Assembly: GCA_040377305.1 (NCBI GenBank)
Contig: JBEIPA010000018.1
Span: 42,618 to 106,617, forward strand
Direction: 5' to 3'
From: Flavobacteriales bacterium
GTDB taxonomy: Bacteria; Bacteroidota; Bacteroidia; Palsa-965
DNA length: 64,000 nt
A model generated the notes under the pieces. The model was given only the letters and a program-made list of their open reading frames with translations, had not been told where the DNA came from and did not search any database. This document shows positions 1 through 8,203 of the stretch, piece by piece. The position numbers and the translations under genes were made by a program. The number at the start of each line of letters is the position of its first letter. Positions within the stretch are counted from its first letter, which is position 1.

Positions 1-2
1 GA

Positions 3-830
3 AAGGATCAGCTGTTGCAACTTGTTGCTTTTCAAAGCGGAATAAATCTGGTTGGGGTCATTCTATTTGCACCATTCCTGAATTGGTTCGCGAGACTCCT
101 CGAAAAATATGTAGGTGGGAAAGAAAAGCACTCATCATTTGTGATTGGGAAAGAGTTGCTGAAAGTTCCTGTTATGGCTATGGATGCGCTTGTGCAGGAT
201 TCCGAATTGCTGATTCACCGCGTACTGAGATTAAACCTGGAGGCCTTTGCAACCGATCCTAAAATGTCACACGCCCGATCTGAAATCAGGATTGCAATTG
301 ATGAACGCAACAAGAAGCTGAAGTCGTACGACAAGAAATACGACGATATAAAAAAATCAGAAGGTGAAATTCTGATATATGCGCTCAAGTTCAAAGAGAC
401 GAACCCGGAAGAAAAGCGACGCATTGATGAACTACTCAAGTCTATTCGTCATGCCATGTACTCTGCTAAATCCATGAAAGACGTTATGCACAATCGCATT
501 GAGTTTCACGAATCAGCAGACGATGTCAAATTCCGGCATTACATCGATTTCAGAAAACGGCATGAAGACTTCTACAAACTCATCAATAAAAAAGTCAATT
601 CAGAGAAACCTTCTGATTTTCACAGCCTGATTCACACCGCACTTGAAGATTATAACGAACGAATGGTGCATATCGTTGATGCTGCGAAGAAAGAAAAGTT
701 GAGTCCGGAAGACGTTTCGTCCTTGTTGAATGTCAATCGTGAATTGTACACGTCATGCAAAACTGCAGTTCAGGCATTGCAACTTTTTCACGAAGGCGAT
801 CCGGACAACCAGATCGGTTCTATACCTTAA
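3..830 (+). CDS. Na/Pi cotransporter family protein, C-terminal part with PhoU-like helical domains (5' end outside window)
   Basis: Last TM segment (FQSGINLVGVILFAPF) followed by helical repeats; C-terminal 'SSLLNVNRELYTS' typical of Bacteroidota Na/Pi cotransporters; frame open to window edge. Confidence 0.65.
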   Translation, partial: KDQLLQLVAFQSGINLVGVILFAPFLNWFARLLEKYVGGKEKHSSFVIGKELLKVPVMAMDALVQDSELLIHRVLRLNLEAFATDPKMSHARSEIRIAIDERNKKLKSYDKKYDDIKKSEGEILIYALKFKETNPEEKRRIDELLKSIRHAMYSAKSMKDVMHNRIEFHESADDVKFRHYIDFRKRHEDFYKLINKKVNSEKPSDFHSLIHTALEDYNERMVHIVDAAKKEKLSPEDVSSLLNVNRELYTSCKTAVQALQLFHEGDPDNQIGSIP

Positions 831-841
831 ATACGACGATT

Positions 842-1591
842 ATGCTAAGCAAGAAACGCCAACAACAGTATTTTCTCCAGCGATGGAGTTCGATACTTCA
901 TCATTTTGAACAGTTCGCACGTCGTACAAACGCCGATGATCTTCACCGAATTAGAGTAGAGCTAAAGAAAATCCGGGCCATGCTGTTCTTACATGAAGAA
1001 ACAGGTGGTTCTGTATCGAAACGTGAACACCAGCTTGTTCGATCCATATTCAAACAAGCGGGTAAAATTCGCGATGCCCAAATCAGCGCACACCTCGTTA
1101 AAGAAGCAGGTGTAGTTTCTATTGAGTTCTTTACAGAACATCGTAAGACAGTAGCAACTGAATCAAGAAAATTTGTGAAGCTATTTAATGGCGAAGCAAA
1201 CCACATGGTCAAGGAGAATACGAAAGTGTGGAAATCACTGAAGAACATTTCTTCCGGGGAACTGGAGAAATTATTCGCGAAGTTGTGGCTTAAAGTACAG
1301 AAGAGCTACGTCCCGAAATTGGTTCAGAAAGAATTACATGATTCCCGAAAGATCATCAAACGAATAGTCTACATCCATTCCATGTTGAAGAACAAAGACA
1401 TCAAAAAATTCGGTCTTGAAATTGAGCAAATGAAAATGCTCGAGGAAAATGTGGGTAACTGGAATGACACCAAAGTTACCGCTATGTTACTGAAGAAAAT
1501 TTCGGGAAGTGCGGTTCAACGTAAGAAACTAACCGCGATTAGTACCGATAGGCTTGAAAAAGTCCAAAAAACGGCCAACTCCCTATTCTAA
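842..1591 (+). CDS. CHAD-domain protein (polyphosphate-binding family)
   Basis: 'DDLHRIRVELKKIRA', 'AGKIRDAQI', 'LHDSRKIIKR', 'GNWND' CHAD motifs; ATG at 842 preferred over track start 755. Confidence 0.8.
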   Translation: MLSKKRQQQYFLQRWSSILHHFEQFARRTNADDLHRIRVELKKIRAMLFLHEETGGSVSKREHQLVRSIFKQAGKIRDAQISAHLVKEAGVVSIEFFTEHRKTVATESRKFVKLFNGEANHMVKENTKVWKSLKNISSGELEKLFAKLWLKVQKSYVPKLVQKELHDSRKIIKRIVYIHSMLKNKDIKKFGLEIEQMKMLEENVGNWNDTKVTAMLLKKISGSAVQRKKLTAISTDRLEKVQKTANSLF

Positions 1592-1623
1592 GTTCGACCA
1601 ACTCCGGCTCAACACCTATCTGT

Positions 1624-1692
1624 CAGGGAAAATCGGCGACCTATACATTTCTTCACTCAAATAATTTGAGATATATTTAGGTCGCTGCCCTG
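1624..1692. repeat. Imperfect palindrome between the convergent CHAD and small-peptide genes
   Basis: CAGGG..GCGACCTA / TAGGTCGC..CCCTG arms with inner CTCAAAT/ATTTGAG stem. Confidence 0.55.
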
Positions 1693-1705
1693 GATAAGAT
1701 TAAAT

Positions 1706-1748
1706 AAAAAGTGGAGCAACTGCCCGCCCCCTTGCAGACAGTCGCTCC
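1706..1748 (-). terminator. Intrinsic terminator of the small-peptide transcript
   Basis: Minus strand GGAGCGACTGTCTGC-AAGGGG-GCGGGCAGTTGCTCC-AC-TTTTT: 15-bp stem with three G-U pairs that form only on the minus strand. Confidence 0.8.
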
Positions 1749-1776
1749 GGAGAAAAACTAGCGCTTAATCTCTCTA

Positions 1777-1842
1777 TTAGAATCCGAGGTTATCAGTAGT
1801 GATAATGCGGACAATGTCGTTGATGAGTGTAATGATTTCCAT
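1777..1842 (-). CDS. Unannotated 21-aa peptide MEIITLINDIVRIITTDNLGF
   Basis: ATG preceded by A/C-rich Bacteroidota-type initiation region (ATAAACAACTACACATT); tandem stops TAA TAG; dedicated terminator ~28 nt downstream. Confidence 0.7.
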   Translation of the reverse strand: MEIITLINDIVRIITTDNLGF

Positions 1843-1952
1843 AATGTGTAGTTGTTTATGGATCCAAAATTCCTCTGAAACGGATGGTTTTGTTAGAAGA
1901 AATAAGCGCGTTTTTGACATTCACTTAAATCGCTGTTTTACAGTAATTTACA

Positions 1953-3497
1953 ATGGAAGTAGTCGAATCAATTCAACGAATCACCAGCCGTCTCACTGAG
2001 GAAGAGACGAGCACTGCAAGGGCCTATCTCACTGTCTTTAGCCAGAAAGGTAAAGAAGCGCGTGCGATACGGATGTTTGAAATGATTGTTGAACACAATC
2101 AAAACAACAACAAGCAGCCTCTTGATTTCAAACAACTGGAGATTACGTTATACGGAGCTCCTTCTGCTACCAACTTCACCCGACTCGCTTACAGACTGAG
2201 AGAAAAAATTCTTGAATCACTTGTTCTGGATGTCAATGCAAACCGCGAAGGCGCATATGACGATCGTACAAAGATCAACATCGAAGTCAGAAAAAATATC
2301 ACGCAGGCACAAATTCTACAGAGTCGTGGCTTGCATGACATTTCAGAAGTCATTCTGGAAACAGTAATCAAGCAGTGCAAGAAATATGAAATCCTGGAAG
2401 AGTTGCTGCTTGCAATCCGATTGCTCATTAATCTTCGTCGTGCTGAAGACGGAACAAAATTTTTAAAGAACTGGCTCGCAACTTATGAGAAGTTCGATTA
2501 CATGAAGAGTGCGCTCATGAGGGCAGAAGCGAACATGTGTCTTGTGCACGCCGAACTCGATTTCAAAGCCGGTGAAAAAGCAAAAGCCGATTGGCTGAAA
2601 CCTTTTCTGGATGAAATGATTGTTGATTACCGCAAAACATCTTGTGCACACATTGGCTTCAACTATTTTTATCTGCAGGCTCAGTACTTCCAGATCATTC
2701 GCGATTACCGCAATGCAAGAAAAGCCTTAGAAGACAACCACAATCTTCTGGAAACACATCCGAGTATTTTCACGAAAATCCGTGCGGGCAATGTATTGTC
2801 AAATATTGCCGACAATGATTTGTACCTCCGACAATTTGCGCGCTGCCAGAAAACTGCTGTGAAAGCGATGCAACATTTCAAAGAGACGAGTTTCAATCAT
2901 CAGCAGGCCATTGAGCTTGTTTTCTATTCGCACTATTATCGCGGCGATTACAAAACAGCCAAGGAAACACTGGACCAGCTATTGCCCGACACAGAAGTAT
3001 TGAGTGATCTGAAGTATCAGCAAGGTAAACGCATTTATCTGCTTGCCTGTACACATTTCATGATGCGTAACTACAACGTAACGCTGAAGCTGCTGAATCG
3101 AATTACGAATCCTATTGAGGCAGATAAAGAAGGATGGAATATCGGCTTGCGCATACTTACTATTATGACGTTGATCGAGTTGGAGAAATTCGACGAAGCA
3201 ACTTCACGAATTGCAGCTTTGAAATCATTCATCGATTCGGTTGGAAAAGACGGCATCACTGATCGTGCACTTTCTATTCTCACGCTCTTACGCAAATTGA
3301 GCAATGCTTCTTTTGACTTTAAAGTCGTGCACCAGAAAGAAAAAGAAAGAATCGAAGCACTGAGTGAACTGGAATGGACACCGAAATCGCCGGAAATGGT
3401 AATGGTTGATCAGTGGTTGCGTTCGAAAATTCTCAAGAAGCCACTCGAACTTGCACTCTCAGTTGAGGAAGGCACGCAGAAAGTCAGCGCGTCCTAG
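1953..3497 (+). CDS. Hypothetical all-helical/TPR-like cytoplasmic protein (514 aa), candidate peptide-responsive regulator
   Basis: Long ORF, no signal peptide or TM; TPR-like segments (e.g. YSHYYRGDYKTAKETL, LACTHFMMRNYNVTLKLL); distinct ~90-aa N-terminal helical domain. Confidence 0.6.
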   Translation: MEVVESIQRITSRLTEEETSTARAYLTVFSQKGKEARAIRMFEMIVEHNQNNNKQPLDFKQLEITLYGAPSATNFTRLAYRLREKILESLVLDVNANREGAYDDRTKINIEVRKNITQAQILQSRGLHDISEVILETVIKQCKKYEILEELLLAIRLLINLRRAEDGTKFLKNWLATYEKFDYMKSALMRAEANMCLVHAELDFKAGEKAKADWLKPFLDEMIVDYRKTSCAHIGFNYFYLQAQYFQIIRDYRNARKALEDNHNLLETHPSIFTKIRAGNVLSNIADNDLYLRQFARCQKTAVKAMQHFKETSFNHQQAIELVFYSHYYRGDYKTAKETLDQLLPDTEVLSDLKYQQGKRIYLLACTHFMMRNYNVTLKLLNRITNPIEADKEGWNIGLRILTIMTLIELEKFDEATSRIAALKSFIDSVGKDGITDRALSILTLLRKLSNASFDFKVVHQKEKERIEALSELEWTPKSPEMVMVDQWLRSKILKKPLELALSVEEGTQKVSAS

Positions 3498-3702
3498 ATG
3501 AATTAATTTGCACTTCGGATTTGATTTTGCTTGCGAATTTACTGAGGTAAATTTTCCACAGGCAAATCACATCACTTTGGTTTTCCAGAGCAACCACTCC
3601 CCGCGTCTAAGTCAAAAATGCACATTCCTGGTTTTTCTCATGTGGAACTAGCACTACGTTATGCTAATAATGCAGTGGTATGTGATTTGAATCAACATTG
3701 CA

Positions 3703-4143
3703 ATGAAACAGCCCGAATTAAAACCCAAAGGCGTTTTCGTTATTGTTGACGAAAACAAGTACATGCACAAAATCTATCTGAGATGTCTGAAAGAGCTGAA
3801 GCTGGATAATCAGGTGGTGAGTTGCCATAATGGTCAGGAAGCATTTTCCTATCTGAAAGACACGAAGGATAAAATATTTATGATTTTGTCTGAGATAACC
3901 ATGCCCAAAATAGATGGACATGAACTGAAACGCATGATTAACATGACACCGGAGTTGCATTCAAAAGCAATCCCATTTTTCTATTTATCCGAAGTGCACC
4001 TCGAAGCTGTGATTAAAGCTGCCTATGGAATGGGAATTCAGGGTTATTTCCGGAAGTCGGCTGACATTGAGAAACTCCTAAAGATTCTCACGTGCATCTT
4101 TGATTTTTGGACTCTTTGTGTTCATCCAAAAAATTTGAAGTGA
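3703..4143 (+). CDS. Single-domain response-regulator receiver, atypical (phosphoacceptor Asp replaced by Glu)
   Basis: CheY-like pattern VIVDE..NGQEA..ILSEITMPKIDG..IPFFYLS..GYFRK. Confidence 0.8.
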   Translation: MKQPELKPKGVFVIVDENKYMHKIYLRCLKELKLDNQVVSCHNGQEAFSYLKDTKDKIFMILSEITMPKIDGHELKRMINMTPELHSKAIPFFYLSEVHLEAVIKAAYGMGIQGYFRKSADIEKLLKILTCIFDFWTLCVHPKNLK

Positions 4144-4257
4144 AGTTGATTTGACTTTGCCGGCATTGTGCGATTTCAGTCGCGCTACAATATTGTCCGT
4201 AGAACCGTAGTAATATTTACCGTCTTTTTCGCTTTTCAGTATGTAGGTAAAATACAT
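4144..4257 (-). pseudogene. Truncated small GIY-YIG nuclease (UPF0213/YhbQ-like)
   Basis: MYFTYILKSEKDGKYYYGSTDNIVARLKSHNAGKVKST; family-like sequence stops at the stop codon of the opposite-strand receiver gene. Confidence 0.75.
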
Positions 4258-4348
4258 GTTACAGTAACGAAAATATGAATCGCAAAATGAGCAACCAAAC
4301 TCAGAGGCAGACTTCTGAAACTTGAACTCCATCCTCTTAAAAACAAAC

Positions 4349-4400
4349 GCCCCGCCGAAAAAGGCGGGGCGATAAAATGTTTGGCGGAGAGCGAGGGATT
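4349..4400 (-). repeat. Second copy of tRNA-Ser 3' end plus terminator-like hairpin (att-like direct repeat)
   Basis: 4384..4400 GCGGAGAGCGAGGGATT identical to 4562..4578; CCCCGCC/GGCGGGG hairpin beside both copies. Confidence 0.85.
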
Positions 4401-4562
4401 AACTGCCTTGATCCTTGATCTCCCATTTCGAGAATCATTTTCTTTTCCGCTGCGCTACTTTTTGTTTTCTACAGTTCCTTCTCCGAGCGAAAAGCTCGAT
4501 CCGTTACTGCACAAAACAAAAATCCCCGCCAAAAAGGCGGGGAAAAGAAATTGATTCATCTG

Positions 4563-4647
4563 CGGAGAGCGAGGGATTCGAACCCCCGGACCTGTTACAG
4601 TCAACAGTTTTCAAGACTGCCGCGATCGACCACTCTGCCAGCTCTCC
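4563..4647 (-). tRNA. tRNA-Ser(UGA)
   Basis: GGAGAGC acceptor stem, anticodon arm GCAGT-CTTGAAA-ACTGT, long variable arm, GGTTCGAATCC T-arm; CCA not encoded; TACTTTTG box at 4653..4660. Confidence 0.97.
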
Positions 4648-4765
4648 GGGGGCAAAAGTAACAATCTGAACTAATTCAAAAACATGAAATCTTACTTTTC
4701 CTCGTTTTTTAAGCGCATTTCGTCGGTACTATCTGATGCTGCGGTAGATATATCAGAAATAATTG

Positions 4766-4773
4766 TACCTTTG
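4766..4773 (+). promoter_or_regulatory. Bacteroidota -7 promoter box for helicase/csp transcript
   Basis: TACCTTTG matches TAnnTTTG; ~135-nt leader before ATG 4912. Confidence 0.65.
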
Positions 4774-4911
4774 CCCTTGTAAAATCAGATCTGTCTCTAA
4801 AAACAGATTACAAGAACAAATAATTATACTGTCAAACCTTCTAGTGTTTAGACACTCAATTTTGCTGATTAGCTGAGTTTTTTTTCCTTAGATACGATCC
4901 CTTATTTTTTA

Positions 4912-6042
4912 ATGAATTTCAATGAACTAAACCTGATCACTCCAATCCTGGAGTCGCTCAGCAAATTAAATTACACAACTCCCACACCCATTCAGGTTCA
5001 ATCAATTCCACATTTGCTGGAAGGAAAAGACATTTTTGGATGTGCACAGACCGGTACCGGCAAAACTGCTGCCTTCGCAATTCCAATTTTGCAGCTTCTT
5101 AGCCAATCCGGCAACAAGTCGAATCACATTAAAGCATTGATCCTCGCACCAACACGCGAACTGGCTTTGCAGATTGATAAGTCATTCGAAGATTATGGCA
5201 AAAACCTCGGACTTCGCCATGCGGTGGTTTTCGGTGGTGTAAACCAAAGCAGTCAGGTAAATGCGGTTCGCCGTGGACTTGATATTCTGGTAGCAACGCC
5301 TGGACGTCTTCTGGATCTTATGAATCAGGGTTTCATCAAACTGAATACAATTGAGTATTTCGTACTTGACGAAGCTGATCGCATGCTCGACATGGGATTC
5401 ATCAATGACATTAAGAAAATCATTGCGAAACTTCCAACTCAGAATCGTCAAACAATGTTCTTCTCGGCTACTGTTACGCCGGAGATCATGAAATTGGCGA
5501 ATACTCTTCTTAAGAATCCCGTAAAAGTGAGCGTAACTCCGGTTTCAACTCCGGCAGAAACGGTTCAACAATCGGTATTCTACGTTCAGAAAGAGAATAA
5601 ACGCTCTTTGTTGAAGCACGTTATTACGACAAACACGATTAACCATGCCCTGGTTTTCACCCGCACCAAGCGTGGGGCTGACCGTGTGGCTAAAGAATTG
5701 AACAAAAACGGCATAAAAGCAGAGGCAATTCATGGCGATAAGTCGCAAAATGCCCGCGTTCGTGCCCTGGATGGCTTCAAAAACCGCAAAATAAACGTTT
5801 TGGTGGCTACGGATATCGCAGCACGCGGAATTGACGTAGATAAGCTGACCCATGTGATCAATTATGAGATCCCGGAGACGCCAGAAACGTATGTTCATAG
5901 GATTGGTCGTACCGGACGTGCGGGCGAATCAGGATTTGCACTATCTTTCTGCTCGATTGATGAGCAGGATTATATGAAAGACATTAAAAAGCTCATCCGC
6001 AAAAACATCGAGGTAGTGGAAAATCACCCTTGGTCTAACTAA
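4912..6042 (+). CDS. rhlE: DEAD-box RNA helicase, RhlE-like (core only)
   Basis: Q motif, AQTGTGKT, PTRELA, DEAD, SAT, HRIGRTGR. Confidence 0.9.
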   Translation: MNFNELNLITPILESLSKLNYTTPTPIQVQSIPHLLEGKDIFGCAQTGTGKTAAFAIPILQLLSQSGNKSNHIKALILAPTRELALQIDKSFEDYGKNLGLRHAVVFGGVNQSSQVNAVRRGLDILVATPGRLLDLMNQGFIKLNTIEYFVLDEADRMLDMGFINDIKKIIAKLPTQNRQTMFFSATVTPEIMKLANTLLKNPVKVSVTPVSTPAETVQQSVFYVQKENKRSLLKHVITTNTINHALVFTRTKRGADRVAKELNKNGIKAEAIHGDKSQNARVRALDGFKNRKINVLVATDIAARGIDVDKLTHVINYEIPETPETYVHRIGRTGRAGESGFALSFCSIDEQDYMKDIKKLIRKNIEVVENHPWSN

Positions 6043-6087
6043 GTAATCAACAACAACAATTAATACAATCAATTAATCACAACAACA

Positions 6088-6279
6088 ATGAAAAAAGGTA
6101 CAGTTAAATTCTTCAACACAACTAAAGGTTTTGGATTCATTAAGGATGACGAAACTAACACAGAAATCTTCGTACACGTTACAGGATTGAAAGATGAAAT
6201 TCGTGAGAACGACATCGTTGTGTTCGAAATTCAGGACGGACGTAAAGGGCCGAACGCTGTTAACGTGAAACTCGCGTAA
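6088..6279 (+). CDS. Cold-shock protein (CspA family)
   Basis: GTVKFFN..KGFGFI (RNP1), IFVH (RNP2). Confidence 0.97.
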   Translation: MKKGTVKFFNTTKGFGFIKDDETNTEIFVHVTGLKDEIRENDIVVFEIQDGRKGPNAVNVKLA

Positions 6280-6305
6280 TCAGACTCGGAGATGATATAT
6301 CTCTC

Positions 6306-6334
6306 AAGGCGGACTTCGGTCCGCCTTTTTTTTT
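6306..6334 (+). terminator. Intrinsic terminator with C(UUCG)G tetraloop
   Basis: AAGGCGGAC-TTCG-GTCCGCC-T9. Confidence 0.9.
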
Positions 6335-6353
6335 GCCGTAGATGAAGCGGTGA

Positions 6354-6557
6354 AAAATGGAACACGGATTTTGATGCCCTTTGTTTTCTAACGTCAAGAA
6401 AGGATGAGTTCGGTAAATTCAGAGTTCGGTTGGCGGATCCCATGAGATAAACTCAAGCCTATCTCATTAAATCCAATAGCGAAAACGAAAAGTTCAACCG
6501 TAGTCATCCGAGCAAGCCCACTAAACACTAGCGGACTTCAAAATCCGCGTTCCATTT
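6354..6557. repeat. ~200-bp rod-like palindromic element, family A copy 1
   Basis: Terminal IR AAATGGAACACGGATTTTGA / TCAAAATCCGCGTTCCATTT; homologous to 34079..34280. Confidence 0.85.
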
Positions 6558-6702
6558 CAACCTCGCCAGATAACGCGCAATTTGAACCAGTTAAAACATC
6601 GCGGTTCTTATTGGGCAAATCCGATTCGGATTCCCCTCTGGTATTCGTAACTTTACTGTACCATTTTCGAATGATGAACCTTACCATCCTGAAATTAAAA
6701 AC

Positions 6703-8202
6703 ATGAAGAAGGCGACTCTTGTTTTAGCTGCGGTTTTAGCGTTTTATTTTCTTTCTGCTCGCGAGCTTACTGCAAATCTCACGTCTGCTGCATTCAGCAC
6801 TCCTGACAATAACACATACGTTGAAACATATCTTTCCATCATCGGAAATTCTGTTCACTATGTGAAAAACAAAAACGGACGTTACCAGGCTGCTGTTGAC
6901 ATTCGTATGTCGGTGATGAAAGGTGATTCACTGAAAGATTACCGCAAGTACGTTCTCAATAGTCCGGAAACCGACGACACAACGAAGGTTCCTAACTTCC
7001 TCGATCTGCAGCGATTCACTTTGCCAATCGGTCTGTATCAACTTACGATTACAATGTTCGATGTAAATCGCCCGACACAACGCGTAATTACCAATGGCCG
7101 TTCGCTTGTAGTTGACATTGACCCCGATTCAGTTTCTCTTTCGCAGATTGAAATGCTCGAGAGTTATTCGAAATCAGCTAACCAGAGTGTGCTTACTAAA
7201 AGCGGATATGATCTCATTCCGTATGTAGCAAACCTGTATCCCGGCAACATGGCCAATCTTTCTTTCTACGGTGAAGTTTACAACACGAAGAAAGTAATGA
7301 ATGATCAAAAGTTCCTCGTGTTGTATTACATCGAAGGAGCTGAAACGCGTACGAAGATGACTGACTACAATACGTTTCAGAAGTTTAGCGCTGCGCCGGT
7401 GAATTCAATCCTGTATACGTTCGACATTTCGAAATTGCCGAGTGGGAATTACAATCTCGTAGTTGAAGTTCGCAACGCACAGAATCGTTTGATGAGTATG
7501 CGTTCTGTTGCATTCGAGCGATTCAACCCCGGAATGCAAATCAAGCTTTCGGATATTGCCAGCATTAGCGTTGAAAACACATTCGCGGCAAAAATCACCA
7601 GTGTAGATACGCTCACTGATTATATCCGCAGTCTCGGTCCGATAAGCACACAGAACGAAAAAGAGTTTGCTGAATCCTGCATTAAAAGCGGCGACATCAA
7701 ACTCATGCAGCAATACTTCTTCAATTTCTGGCAGGTGCGTAATGAAACTACTCCGGAAGCGCAGTGGACTCTTTACAACCGCGAAGTACAGAAAGTGAAC
7801 GCCAATTACGGAACACCAATCATGAAAGGTTATCAAACGGATCGTGGTCGCGTGTATCTCATGTACGGCCCGCCTGATCAGATTATTGTAACGAACAGCG
7901 AACCAAGTTCATATCCGTATGAAGTGTGGCAGTACTACACGATTCGCGGAAGCGCAACGAACACGGATATTAATTCTCCGGGTAACACAACGCAGAGCAA
8001 CAAGAAGTTTGTTTTTGCCAACTTCGATCTTGTGACGAACAACTACGTGCTTATTCACTCGGATGCACGCGGAGAAGTTCGCGACGATCGCTGGAAGGTT
8101 CGCCTTACCAAGCGCGACAATGCCAACCCGAATCTCGATGACGGCAGTGCACCTGATCAGTATGGTGGACGTTCGAGTGATGTGTTTGACAATCCTCATT
8201 AG
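6703..8202 (+). CDS. GWxTD-domain protein, secreted
   Basis: Signal peptide; 'GYQTDRGRVYLMYGPPD' and 'PYEVWQY' motifs. Confidence 0.85.
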   Translation: MKKATLVLAAVLAFYFLSARELTANLTSAAFSTPDNNTYVETYLSIIGNSVHYVKNKNGRYQAAVDIRMSVMKGDSLKDYRKYVLNSPETDDTTKVPNFLDLQRFTLPIGLYQLTITMFDVNRPTQRVITNGRSLVVDIDPDSVSLSQIEMLESYSKSANQSVLTKSGYDLIPYVANLYPGNMANLSFYGEVYNTKKVMNDQKFLVLYYIEGAETRTKMTDYNTFQKFSAAPVNSILYTFDISKLPSGNYNLVVEVRNAQNRLMSMRSVAFERFNPGMQIKLSDIASISVENTFAAKITSVDTLTDYIRSLGPISTQNEKEFAESCIKSGDIKLMQQYFFNFWQVRNETTPEAQWTLYNREVQKVNANYGTPIMKGYQTDRGRVYLMYGPPDQIIVTNSEPSSYPYEVWQYYTIRGSATNTDINSPGNTTQSNKKFVFANFDLVTNNYVLIHSDARGEVRDDRWKVRLTKRDNANPNLDDGSAPDQYGGRSSDVFDNPH

Positions 8203-8203
8203 C

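Noticed and set aside
1799-1999. 66-aa plus-strand ORF in the track
   Set aside because: GTG start, Met-rich antisense shadow of the Ile-rich peptide gene, overlaps the 1953 gene out of frame; terminator polarity supports the minus-strand ORF
3563-3689. 10-bp inverted repeat CAAATCACAT/ATGTGATTTG upstream of the receiver gene
   Set aside because: Short, widely spaced, no second copy seen; could be chance
4415-4669. 84-aa ORF (..AESEGFEPP..)
   Set aside because: Antisense translation of tRNA-Ser
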